From contig RQSC01000750.1 in assembly GCA_013416795.1 (NCBI GenBank), forward strand, positions 1-27,548: 27,548 bases of DNA, written 5' to 3'. Source of the stretch: Prasinococcaceae sp. CCMP 1430. Lineage: Eukaryota > Plantae > Prasinodermophyta. Below, piece after piece: positions 18,131 to 27,548 of the stretch. How positions within the stretch are numbered: position 1 is the first letter of the stretch; each line of letters begins with the position of its first letter. Position numbers and translations under genes: made by a program. The notes under the pieces were generated by a model that worked only from the letters and a program-made list of their open reading frames with translations, had not been told where the DNA came from and made no database searches.

Positions 18131-19452
18131 TCAGCACACATACTTCTCGCGAGCCTTCCTCTCCAGGCTGCGAATTACCAGCACGCGCCAAGCCCGCAGG
18201 AGGGGGGGGGAGGAAACGGGCGCACGCGCGGGGCGTCAGCATGGCACCCAGGTGCGATTGGCGCCTCGTGAGTGTGCGCACAGGCGCGAGCACGCGCATC
18301 GCCGCCTCTCACGCACGTTTTCTGGTCGTGGAAAGTGGTGAAGCCTAAGTGCGCGTTGGGCGACAGCTCCAGGGTCTCTTTGAAAGTCTGGCCGATGGAC
18401 ATCTGCACCGCCTCGTTGGCCGCGTTCTTGGTCCACAGGCACACGCGGTCCTGCGACTTGCGCACCGACACGACGACGCCGCAGATGTCACCCCCCTCCT
18501 TGAACTGCTCCCCAATGAGCGCCAGCAGCGTGTTCAGCCAGAACGTGTCCAGTGCCTTCTTGTCGCCCTTGGGCACCGGTGCGCGCCACTCGCCGCCGGT
18601 CGCGCACTGCGGGTCCTCCCACTTGGGCTCGACACCCTCCTTGAAGCAATGGAAATCAGCGCCGGCAACGAGGCGGCTCGGCTGAACAATGTTGTTGTAC
18701 AGGCTGCGCGGCCGCGAGTGAGATGCGTGACGGAGCGGCGATGCGCGTCACGCGCAGGCGTGGCCGGAGTGGCAGCGGCGAGGCAATCGCGGGCGCGGGG
18801 CGCGTCAGCTCGGTGTAACGCGTGCAAGGCGAGGGCAGCGAGTAACGTAGGGAAGGGCGGCAGCGCGCAGCGCCGCGCCTCGCAGCGGCACGTTCGCGCT
18901 CTCGTGCTCGTGGAACGGCGGTTCGCGCAGTCGCTGACACGCATGCGGCGTGGCGTATGAGACGCGCCGCGACGCCACGAGTCCTGGCCGGCAGGGAGGG
19001 GAGGGGGGAGGTTGGAAGGAGGCCGAGGCGCGTCCCGTCCCATCGCGATGACAGGCGCGAGCGCTCGCTCTCCCCGGCTCGAATCCCCCCCGCCTCCTTT
19101 GCCTATCGCACGCTCCTCCCGCCGCGGCGGCCGGCCGCGCTCTCCAAAGAAACCCTAGCGCACGGGATCGCAAGGCGGCGGCCTGCGCGGCGGCGGCGAT
19201 CGGCGCGATCGGCGCGCTCGCGGCGGCGTTCACGCACCACCAGAACTCCTCGACGGTGCGGAAGGTGTACACGCTCCTGAGCGTCTGCCCCCACGTGCTC
19301 TGCTTGTTGCCCCTGCCGCTCGGGTTGTCGAACCAGAGCGTCCACCCCTGCTCCAGCGGGTGCGGCTTCGAGAGGTCGGGCGCGTCCTCGCCGGCGTCGG
19401 CCGCCTTCTCCGGCTCCGCCTTCTCAGGCTGCTGCTGCGGCTCGTCCGCCAT
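18131..19452 (-). CDS. eIF4E: Class I eIF4E cap-binding protein, join(19238..19452,18317..18703,18131..18167), 212 aa
   Basis: HPLEQGWTLWFD, STWG, TVEEFWCLYNNI, DFHCFKEGVEPKWEDP, WLNTLLALIGEQF, ICGVVVSVR and LWTKNAANE are present. Both introns (18704-19237, 18168-18316) are GTGCGT..CAG, and the 639-nt spliced CDS stays in frame. Confidence 0.95.
19150..19157. promoter_or_regulatory. Telo-box AAACCCTA in eIF4E intron 1
   Basis: Exact match. Telo-boxes are known near plant translation-machinery genes; function here is inferred. Confidence 0.45.
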
Positions 19453-19730
19453 CACGCCTCCCGTCCCGCTGCGCTCGAGCGCTACCCGCCCCGCGCGGCG
19501 TTTGGGGGGGGGGGGGGAGGGGCGCTGCACGGCGCACGCGCCGCGCGGTATGGCCCGCCTCGCCCCGCCGGCGCGAGCACGCGCGCAGCTCGCCGAGGGG
19601 CGCGTCGAATCGCACGCGCGCCGCGGCGCGCGCCGCGACGCGACGCGCGCCGGCAAAGCCGAAGAATGCGCCCCGACCCAGGCCACATCGCTGCTCCGAT
19701 ACGACAGATGTGATATGTCGACACAACAAT

Positions 19731-19862
19731 CAAAATCAAAATCAAAATCAAAATCAAAATCAAAATCAAAATCAAAATCGAAATCGAAATCGAAATCAAA
19801 ATCAATATCGAAATCGACATCAAAATCAATATCGAAATCGACATCGAAATCGACATCAAAAT
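19731..19862. repeat. 22-unit hexamer array (CAAAAT/CGAAAT/CAATAT/CGACAT) with a 24-bp higher-order repeat
   Basis: 8x CAAAAT, 3x CGAAAT, 2x [CAAAAT CAATAT CGAAAT CGACAT], then CGAAAT CGACAT CAAAAT. Confidence 0.95.
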
Positions 19863-20117
19863 CGAGCACGCGCCCGCCCAACGATATATACCGAATTGCT
19901 GTCGTCGTGCATTTGCCATTTGCCGGCATTTGGTTGTGCGTGACTGCATGTTGCATGTGCCGCGGCGCGCGGAGGGGCGGTGAAGCACTTTTACTTTCCC
20001 GTGGTTGTATTTCAGCTTTTTTGTTTGTGTGCGTCGACGGCGCGCCTCCGGGGCGCGTTTCGCGCGAAGCGGCGGTGCGGCTGCGGGGCGGCGGGCGGCG
20101 GCGGCGGCTGACGTATG

Positions 20118-20122
20118 TTACA
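20118..20122 (-). terminator. TGTAA poly(A) signal of the orphan minus-strand fragment
   Basis: TTACA on the + strand, about 80 nt past the stop at 20201. Confidence 0.5.
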
Positions 20123-20200
20123 TTGTAGTGTACCCTGCCTTGATGCCTGAAAGTCACTTTTACGGTAAACACTGAAAATTTTTGATCTAAAATGCTGCTG

Positions 20201-20304
20201 TCAGGCCGCACCGCCCCGCGCGCGCCGCCCGAACTGCGCGCGCGCCATCGCGTCGTGGATGAGCTCGAGCATCATCTCCTCGCCCACGCTGCCCGCGTCG
20301 AAGC
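20201..20304 (-). CDS. C-terminal fragment of an unidentified gene, cut by the N at 20305
   Basis: FDAGSVGEEMMLELIHDAMARAQFGRRARGGAA* has coding-like GC3-rich codons and is followed by a TGTAA signal. Confidence 0.5.
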
Positions 20305-20479
20305 NCCGCGACGGCGGGCGGCGCGGGTGCTGCGCGCGCGGCGCCCGCAGCAAACGCGCCGGCCCCACCGAGCACCAGCCCACGCCTGCCGACGCCGAGG
20401 CTATTCCTGTACGCATCGTCCGGGGCCGCGCCCCCGCCGCTCTCGCCGCGCGCGCTCGCCCGGCGGCGTGACCGCACAG

Positions 20480-23172
20480 AGCTCATCGCGGTCGGCCAGC
20501 CCTCGGCCGGTCTCCAGACGCTCCACGATGTGATCTCGTCCAAGCGCCACCGCGTGTGGTCCAAGACCATGGAGCGCATCATGTTCAAGTTCGTCGAGAT
20601 CGCCGTGGAGCTGAAGAAGGGCCGCATCGCGAAGGATGGCCTCTTCCAGTTCCGCATCATCTCGCAGCACGTGAACGTGGCGTCGCTCGAGGAGGTGATC
20701 CGCTACTTCCTCAAGCTGGCAACCGATCGCGCGGAGGCTGCGCAGGCCAAGGCCGCCGAGATGCTCAGCAATGTGGACGACCTCGAGGAGGACATCACCC
20801 CCGAGCAGATCATCCTGTCGTATGTGAGCGCCGATTCGGACAAGGACCGCATCGACCGGGAGGAGGTCACCCCGTGGTTCCGCTTCCTGTGGGAGACGTA
20901 CCGCACCGTGCTCGAGGTCCTCAAGAACAACAGCAAGCTCGAGAGCCTGTACGCGATGACCGCGCAGCGCGCGTTCGCGTTCTGCCGCCAGTACAGCCGC
21001 ATCACCGAGATGCGCCGTCTGTGTGACATGCTGCGCAACCACTTGTCCAACCTGAACAAGTGGCGCGATCAGCGCGACCGCCCCGAGCTGTCGCTGCCGG
21101 AGACGTTCTCCCTGTACATGGAGACCCGCTTCGAGCAGCTGAGGACCGCGGTGGACCTGGAGATGTGGCAGGAGGCCTTCCGCACGATCGAGGACATCCA
21201 CGGCCTGGTGGTGCAGGTGCGCCGCGAGCCCAAGCCCCAGCACCTTGCTACGTACTACTCGATGCTCACCAAGATCTTCTACAAGAGCGGCAACGAGATG
21301 TACGCCGCCTTCGCCTGGAACAAGCTCTTCACCGTCAGCAAGAACTACAACAAGAACCTGACGCCCGGCGACCTCGAGGCGCTCGCCTCGGCGGTGGTCC
21401 TGTCCACCGTCGCGGTCCCGCCGTACTCCGAGAAGGCCAACGCCGCTCACTACGAGCTCGCCGCGGAGCAGGAGCAGAAGCAGCGCATGTCCGCGCTGCT
21501 GAACCTCTCGTTCACTCCGGTGAAGAAGGACACGACCGACCTCACGCGCGAGTGGCTCCTCGAGAAGGTCGTGGCCGGTGCCCTGCCCGCCGCCTCGCCG
21601 CTCGCCGTCTCGGTGTACAAGGCGCTCGAGGACACGTTCGCTCCGCTCAAGCTCGCCAAGGTCGCCGCGCCGCTCATCGACAGCCTCTGCACGACCAAGC
21701 CGGAGCTGTCGGCGGCGTTCCCGGTGCCCGATATGGACCTCAGCACCCTGAGGCCCGCACTCGAGAACCTCGGCCTGCTGCGCGTGCTTGAGCAGGTGTC
21801 GTCGGTGTACTCGACGATGAGCATCAGCAGCCTGCTGTCGGTGGTGCCGTTCGCCACGCTCACCCCTGCGCTCGTCGAGAAGACCGTGGTGAAGGCCGTG
21901 CGCGCGGGCTTCCTCCGCGTGACCATGGACCATCGCAAGCGCTCGCTGTCCTTCGGCGCCACTCGCCTCGAGGACTCCTCGGTGCGCGCACAGCTTGCTG
22001 ATGTGACCAAGCGCCTCGCGGCGGCGGTTGGCATGATCGTCCCCGACAGCGACCCGGCCCAGGCACAGAGCAAGGCCAAGACCATGCGCGAGTGCGCCGC
22101 GCTGTGCGCGCGTGAGAACGCGGATGCGCGCCGCCGCAAGGTGCTCATCGAGCGGCGCAAGGAGGAGGCCGAGCGCCGCGCCATGGAGGAGGAGAAGGCC
22201 GAGGAGGAGGAGCGCATCAAGACCCAGCGCGAGCACGAGGAGACCGAAGCCCGCCGCCAGCAGGTCGAGGCGTCCAAGCGCGAGCAGGAGCGCATCGAGC
22301 GCGAGATGGCGGAGAAGGAGAAGCAGGAGGCGCTCGCCATGCTGCAGGAGCAGCAGGCGCGCCTGGGCAAGAAGGGCAAGAAGGTGACCCTCGAGGACGC
22401 GGCGGCCGCGGACAAGGAGAAGCTCATGCAGGACGCGATCACGGACCAGATCAAAGCTCGCTCGGAGATGGCGAAGCGCCTGGGCACGCTCACGCGCAAG
22501 ATGGACCACCTGGAGCGTGCCAAGCTCGAGCTCGAGCGCGACTACATCGTCAAGGCGTCCAAGGAGCGCGGCGCGAAGCAGGCCGAGCTCTTCAAGGAGG
22601 AGCAGGAGCGTGCAATCAAGGCGCACCGCGCCCAATGGGAGCGAGACATCGAGGAGAAGAAGCGCATGCTGCGCATGGGCGAGGAAATCAACGACTTCGC
22701 CATGAAGCTCCAGGCGCGCCGCCACGAGGAGTACAAGGTCGCCAAGGCGGCGCGCGACGAGCGTGTTGCCGAGGCGCGCGCGGGCAAGAAGGCGGAGATC
22801 GAGCGCCGCCGCCGCGAGGCTTACCTCGACCAGCTCATCCGCGATGCCGACGCGCTCGACTACGAGGAGGAGGAGAAGCAGCGCGCCGAGGAGGAGGCCA
22901 AGCGCGCCGAGGAGGAGGCGAGGCGCAGGGAGGAGGAGGAGCGCCGCAGCGGTGGGGGCTGGCAGTCGAGCCGTCGCGGCGGTGGCGGCTACGACGATCG
23001 CCGCGGCGGTGGCTACGACGACCGCCGCGGCGGTGGCGGCTACGACGACCGCCGCGGCGGCGGCTACGACGACCGCCGCAGCGGCGGCTACGACGACCGC
23101 CGTGGCGGCTACGATGACCGCCGCGGCGGTGGCGGTGGCTTCGGATCCGGGGGCGGAGGCAACCGCTGGTGA
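20480..23172 (+). CDS. eIF3a: Translation initiation factor eIF3 subunit a; exon 2 only (short exon 1 presumably lost at the N at 20305)
   Basis: Acceptor CAG at 20477-20479, then (E)LIAVGQ...LHDVISSKRHRVWSKTMERIMFK, KDGLFQFR, LEEVI, PWFRFLWETYRTVLEVLKNNSKLE, RLCDMLRNHL, ETRFEQL and LEMWQEAFRTIEDIHGL. Long E/K/R coiled coil follows. Confidence 0.96.
22972..23118 (+). repeat. Six tandem coding repeats RR(G/S)G1-3YDD in the eIF3a C-terminus
   Basis: Units of 21-27 nt: RRGGGGYDD RRGGGYDD RRGGGGYDD RRGGGYDD RRSGGYDD RRGGYDD. Confidence 0.92.
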
Positions 23173-23416
23173 TCCGGCGTCGTCGTCGTCCTCCACAACG
23201 CAGCTGCCCGCCATGCCGTGGCCATTTATAATTGAGACGATACCTTGGGCTGTCTGCGGCACGCTCGCGCTCTGTACGTCGCCCTGCGGTGCTCGCTCGC
23301 TCTTGTGCAAGTGTGGCGTCGGCGTCCCGGTCCGGCGCGCGGGCGCCTGCCCCCACCGCTCCGTGATGCACGCGCAGGGAGCTGCACCTGGCGCCCAGCT
23401 CCCAGAAGGGGGGGTG

Positions 23417-23452
23417 ACAGACAGACAGACAGAGAGAGAGAGAGAGAGAGAG
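23417..23452. repeat. Compound (GACA)n(GA)n microsatellite
   Basis: gacagacagacagacagagagagag... read directly; boundaries approximate. Confidence 0.85.
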
Positions 23453-24082
23453 AAAGCAGCGGCCCGGCGCGCGCTCTCTCGCCCGACCCTGGGGTCCGCC
23501 GCCACTCACCCGGCTTCACCCCCCTCCCCTCGTGAGGAACCTTCGACCGCGTCGTATCCCTTCGCGGAGCCACGCGCGCCGACCGGGGCAGCACGGCGCG
23601 CTCGGCGCTCCGGCCGGCGCGCCCCCGCGCGGGGCGCGGCGGAAGACTCCGGATCCGCCCGGCTCTATAGGGTCCCCGGACATAGGGTCTGCGGCGGCCT
23701 CCCAGGGGCGCGCGCGCGCCGCGCGCGCGCGCGAACCCTAATAAATCGTCGCCGTCCCCCCCAGGTCAAAACGCACCTGCTCCGCGCCCGCGCGCCGAGC
23801 GCCCGATCGGCGCCGGCGCAGCAGGGCGCGCGCGCGCGGGCGCGCGCGGACGGCGCGCTCCGAAATGCCGCGAGGTGAGGTGCACTTTTTACTCAAATGA
23901 TATTAAAAACGCGGTAATGTATGCGCCTGAAAACCCACATTGCAAAATGGCCCGCACGGATTTGCAGGCGCGAGCTCCCTCTCCGCGGCGCGGCGCGAGT
24001 GCGTTTTTGATGGCGAGGATCCGCCTGCGTGCAGCCGACGTGCGCGTGCGAACAGCCGTGTGTGTGCGTGCCGAAGACTGAC

Positions 24083-24247
24083 GTGCGCGTGCGTGCGTGC
24101 GTGTGTGTGTGTGTGTGTGCGTGTGTGTGTGTGTGCGCGCGCATGCGCTTGTGCGCGAGCGTGTGTGTGTGCGCGTGTGTGCGTGTGCGTGGTGCATGCG
24201 CGCGTGAGTGCGTGTGTGTGAGCGCGCGCGTGTGTGTGTGCACGTGT

Positions 24248-24278
<31 letters not shown>

Positions 24279-24287
24279 GGGGGGGGG
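24083..24287. repeat. (GT)/(GC)-rich low-complexity tract ending in poly-G (24262-24287)
   Basis: Imperfect (TG)n/(GCGT)n runs and 26 G abutting the gap. Confidence 0.9.
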
Positions 24288-24401
24288 NNNNNNNNNNNNN
24301 NNNNNNNNNNNNNNNNNNNNNNNNNNNNNNNNNNNNNNNNNNNNNNNNNNNNNNNNNNNNNNNNNNNNNNNNNNNNNNNNNNNNNNNNNNNNNNNNNNNN
24401 N
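24288..24401. other. Assembly gap (114 N) covering part of the EGY1 5' region
   Basis: Run of N. Confidence 0.98.
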
Positions 24402-24702
24402 GCGAGGGCGCCCGCGACACGGGCGACAACGCGGCCGTGAGCGCGCCCGCCGAGGCGCGACAGAGCCCCGCGGCACCCGCGGCCGTCAAGACTGCCAAGG
24501 CCGCGAGCGCGCCCGCCACCGCGGCCCCCCCGGCGGCGTCGCGCGCGGAGCTCGAGGCGCGCTTCAAGAGTGCGACGCTCGAGGAGACGCGAGCGGGGGA
24601 GGGCGAGCGCAAGAAGCAGCTCTCGCTGCTCGATCAGCTCGTGCCGCCGCCCGAGCCCAAGAAGGCGCCGGTGTACGACTTCTCCAAGCCCAACAAGGTA
24701 CG

Positions 24703-24733
<31 letters not shown>

Positions 24734-26325
24734 TTTGCATGCGCATACGCTTGCACGTATGCACGATTGCACGCGCTCCTGCTGACGCGCACACCCGCGT
24801 GCGCGCACGATCACACGCACACACGCCGTCACGCACACAGGTCGAGGAGGGCGCCGAGGCGGGCGCCGCCGCGGGGGCCGACGCCGCAGGCGCGTCGGGC
24901 GCGGGCGCGGCGGCGGGCAGCGGCGGCGACGCGAGCGGCGGCAGCGACGGCGACAGCGCGACGAACGAGCCGATCAAGGCGGACGAGTCTGACGTGCTGC
25001 GCGGCGAGCTGATGGACCTGCTGTCGAAGCAGCTGCCGGCCGAGGACGTGGAGCGCATCAAGAAGAAGGTGTTCTCGATGGACACGTACTACGTGACGGG
25101 CACGTCGGCGGCGTCGCGCTTCGGGCCGGACGTGGAGGCCACCGCTTTCAAGGGCAACGTGCGCTCCAAGGATCCGGCGGAGCTGTTCAAGGGCTGCAAG
25201 GCGGCGCTGCAGAAGGAGTTCGGGGACAAGTACGTGCTCTACATGGTCGAGCAGCAGCCGGACCTGATGTCCGAGGGCGCGAGCATCGAGGAGATGATGA
25301 TGGCCGCGGAGGACGAGGAGGCGCGCATCGGCTTCGTGGTGGCCAACCGCGAGCAGGTGACGCTCACCACGCCGTGGTGGCGCTCGCTCTCCTCGCTCGT
25401 GCTTTTCTCGTTCACGGCGCTCACCTCGCTGCAGCTCGGCGCGGCGACGTCCGTGTCCAAGTTCCCCGAGCTCGTCAAGCAGCTGAGCGGGCCCGATGCG
25501 GCCACGTCGATCATCCCCGAGGAGACCCTCGTGGCGCTCCTGGACACGTCGCTGCCCATCGCGCAGGGGGTGCTGCTCGTGACGCTCGCGCACGAGACGG
25601 GCCACCGCCTGGCCGCGGCCGTGTACGACATCGAGCTCACCCTGCCGCTCTTCATCCCCAACACGCAGCTGGGCACGTTCGGCGCCATCACCGAGTGCAA
25701 GTCGGTGCTGCCCTCGAAGAAGGCGCAGTTCGACATCGCGGCGGCGGGGCCGGCGGCGAGCTTCCTCGCGGGCGGCGCGCTCTTCGGCTACGGCCTGCTG
25801 ACCACCATGGGCAGCGACCCCGCCGAGCTCGTGCCCGTGCCCTCGCAGGTGTTTCAGAGCAGCCTGCTGATGGGCCTCTCCGCGCGCGGCGCGATGGGCT
25901 ACCAGGCGATGCACCAGGCGCAGGTCATGGTGTCGCCGGAGCTGATCGCCGGCTGGTGCGCGCTCACCTCGGCGGCGCTCAACGTGCTGCCCGTCGGGCG
26001 CATCGACGGCGGCGTGATGGCCGCCTCGGCGCTCGGACAGGGGACCAAGTCTTTCCTGGGCTTCGTGACGTACCTGGGCCTCGGCTTCGGCGTCTTCGCG
26101 CGGCCGAACGTGTCGCTGCTCTGGGCCATCTACGTGCTCGCGCTGCAGCGGCAACAAATGGCGCTATGCGAGGACGAGATCACCGAGGCGGGCGACGCGC
26201 GCGCGACCGCGGCGGTGACCGCCCTGTCCGTCGCGCTGCTGCTGCTGCTGCCCATCGGACCCGAGCTCGCCAACGAGCTGGGCATCGGCATCGGCAACGA
26301 CATCCTGCCGTGGGACGTCATCTGA
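24402..26325 (+). CDS. EGY1: Chloroplast S2P/M50 intramembrane metalloprotease EGY1, join(<24402..24697,24841..26325)
   Basis: GNVR (GNLR motif), HETGH (HExxH) and NVLPVGRIDGG (NxxPxxxxDG) are present. EGY1-type segments include LVPVPSQVFQSSLLMG, GWCAL and ELANELGIG. Phase-0 intron 24698-24840 (GTACGT..CTGAC..CAG, CA-rich). Confidence 0.9.
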
Positions 26326-26358
26326 GCCGATGGGCCCGACCGGTCGCCCCAGTGCGTG

Positions 26359-26363
26359 TGTAA
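26359..26363 (+). terminator. TGTAA poly(A) signal of EGY1
   Basis: TGTAA 34 nt after the stop. Confidence 0.65.
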
Positions 26364-26467
26364 GACTTGGTTTCGGGGGGCGTGACCTCACCGGCGCAAC
26401 CCCTGCCGCGCCACGCGCGGGCCCTCGCCGCGCGCGCCGCGCCCCTCCTCGGGAGACAAAAAACCAC

Positions 26468-26472
26468 TTACA
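26468..26472 (-). terminator. TGTAA poly(A) signal of GGPPS
   Basis: TTACA on the + strand, about 40 nt past the stop. Confidence 0.65.
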
Positions 26473-26509
26473 GCTGCCCCGCGCCGCGGGGCCCGGCGGC
26501 GCGGGCTAA

Positions 26510-27548
<1,039 letters not shown>

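Noticed and set aside
20140-20195. U5 snRNA-like look (CTTTTAC plus an Sm-like AATTTTTGA)
   Set aside because: Lacks the invariant GCCUUUUAC loop and its stem, and lies in a 3' UTR island.
22972-23118. CRISPR-like or transposon repeat
   Set aside because: In-frame coding tandem without unique spacers, in a eukaryotic gene.
20401-23505. 1034-aa antisense ORF opposite eIF3a (likewise 1676-2596, 24829-26157, 9162-10313 and 26658-27098)
   Set aside because: Shadow ORFs caused by strong GC3 bias on the true coding strand; the translations have no motifs.
19984-23893. Shared GCACTTTT(T)ACT at about 19984 and about 23882
   Set aside because: Short, imperfect and T-rich; compatible with chance in AT-rich islands.
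4042-24840. Introner-like repeated introns
   Set aside because: The seven predicted introns share only generic splice signals; I saw no extended mutual similarity.

Overview
Gene-dense, very GC-rich eukaryotic nuclear window. It is most likely from a green alga of prasinophyte grade, based on few short GT(GCGT)-AG introns with CTGAC-type branch points, TGTAA poly(A) signals, plant-type orthologues and plastid transit peptides. The assembly is fragmented: gaps of 335, 49 and 114 N, plus two single-N joins that truncate genes. Genes from left to right: 3' end of a cold-shock-domain-like ORF; orphan multi-pass membrane ORF; photolyase-remnant/alpha-beta-hydrolase fusion (-); EHD GTPase fragment (+), 3'-truncated; PPR protein (+); EXO1 (-) head-to-head with DDA1 (+); co-oriented minus-strand run of TTM, FKBP42/TWD1-like, STRAP and eIF4E plus an orphan 3' fragment; eIF3a (+); EGY1 (+); GGPPS (-). 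No RNA gene, intact transposon or CRISPR array is supported. I found no firmly established novel system. The best leads are: the abruptly truncated but still splice-competent EHD gene; a (CAAAAT)n-derived repeat family in AT-rich intergenic islands, one copy of which reads as a (Asp-hydrophobic) x22 tract in frame with eIF4E; the uncharacterised photolyase-remnant/pheophytinase-like hydrolase fusion; and a local group of translation genes carrying telo-box-like motifs. All family assignments come from motif recall, not from database searches.
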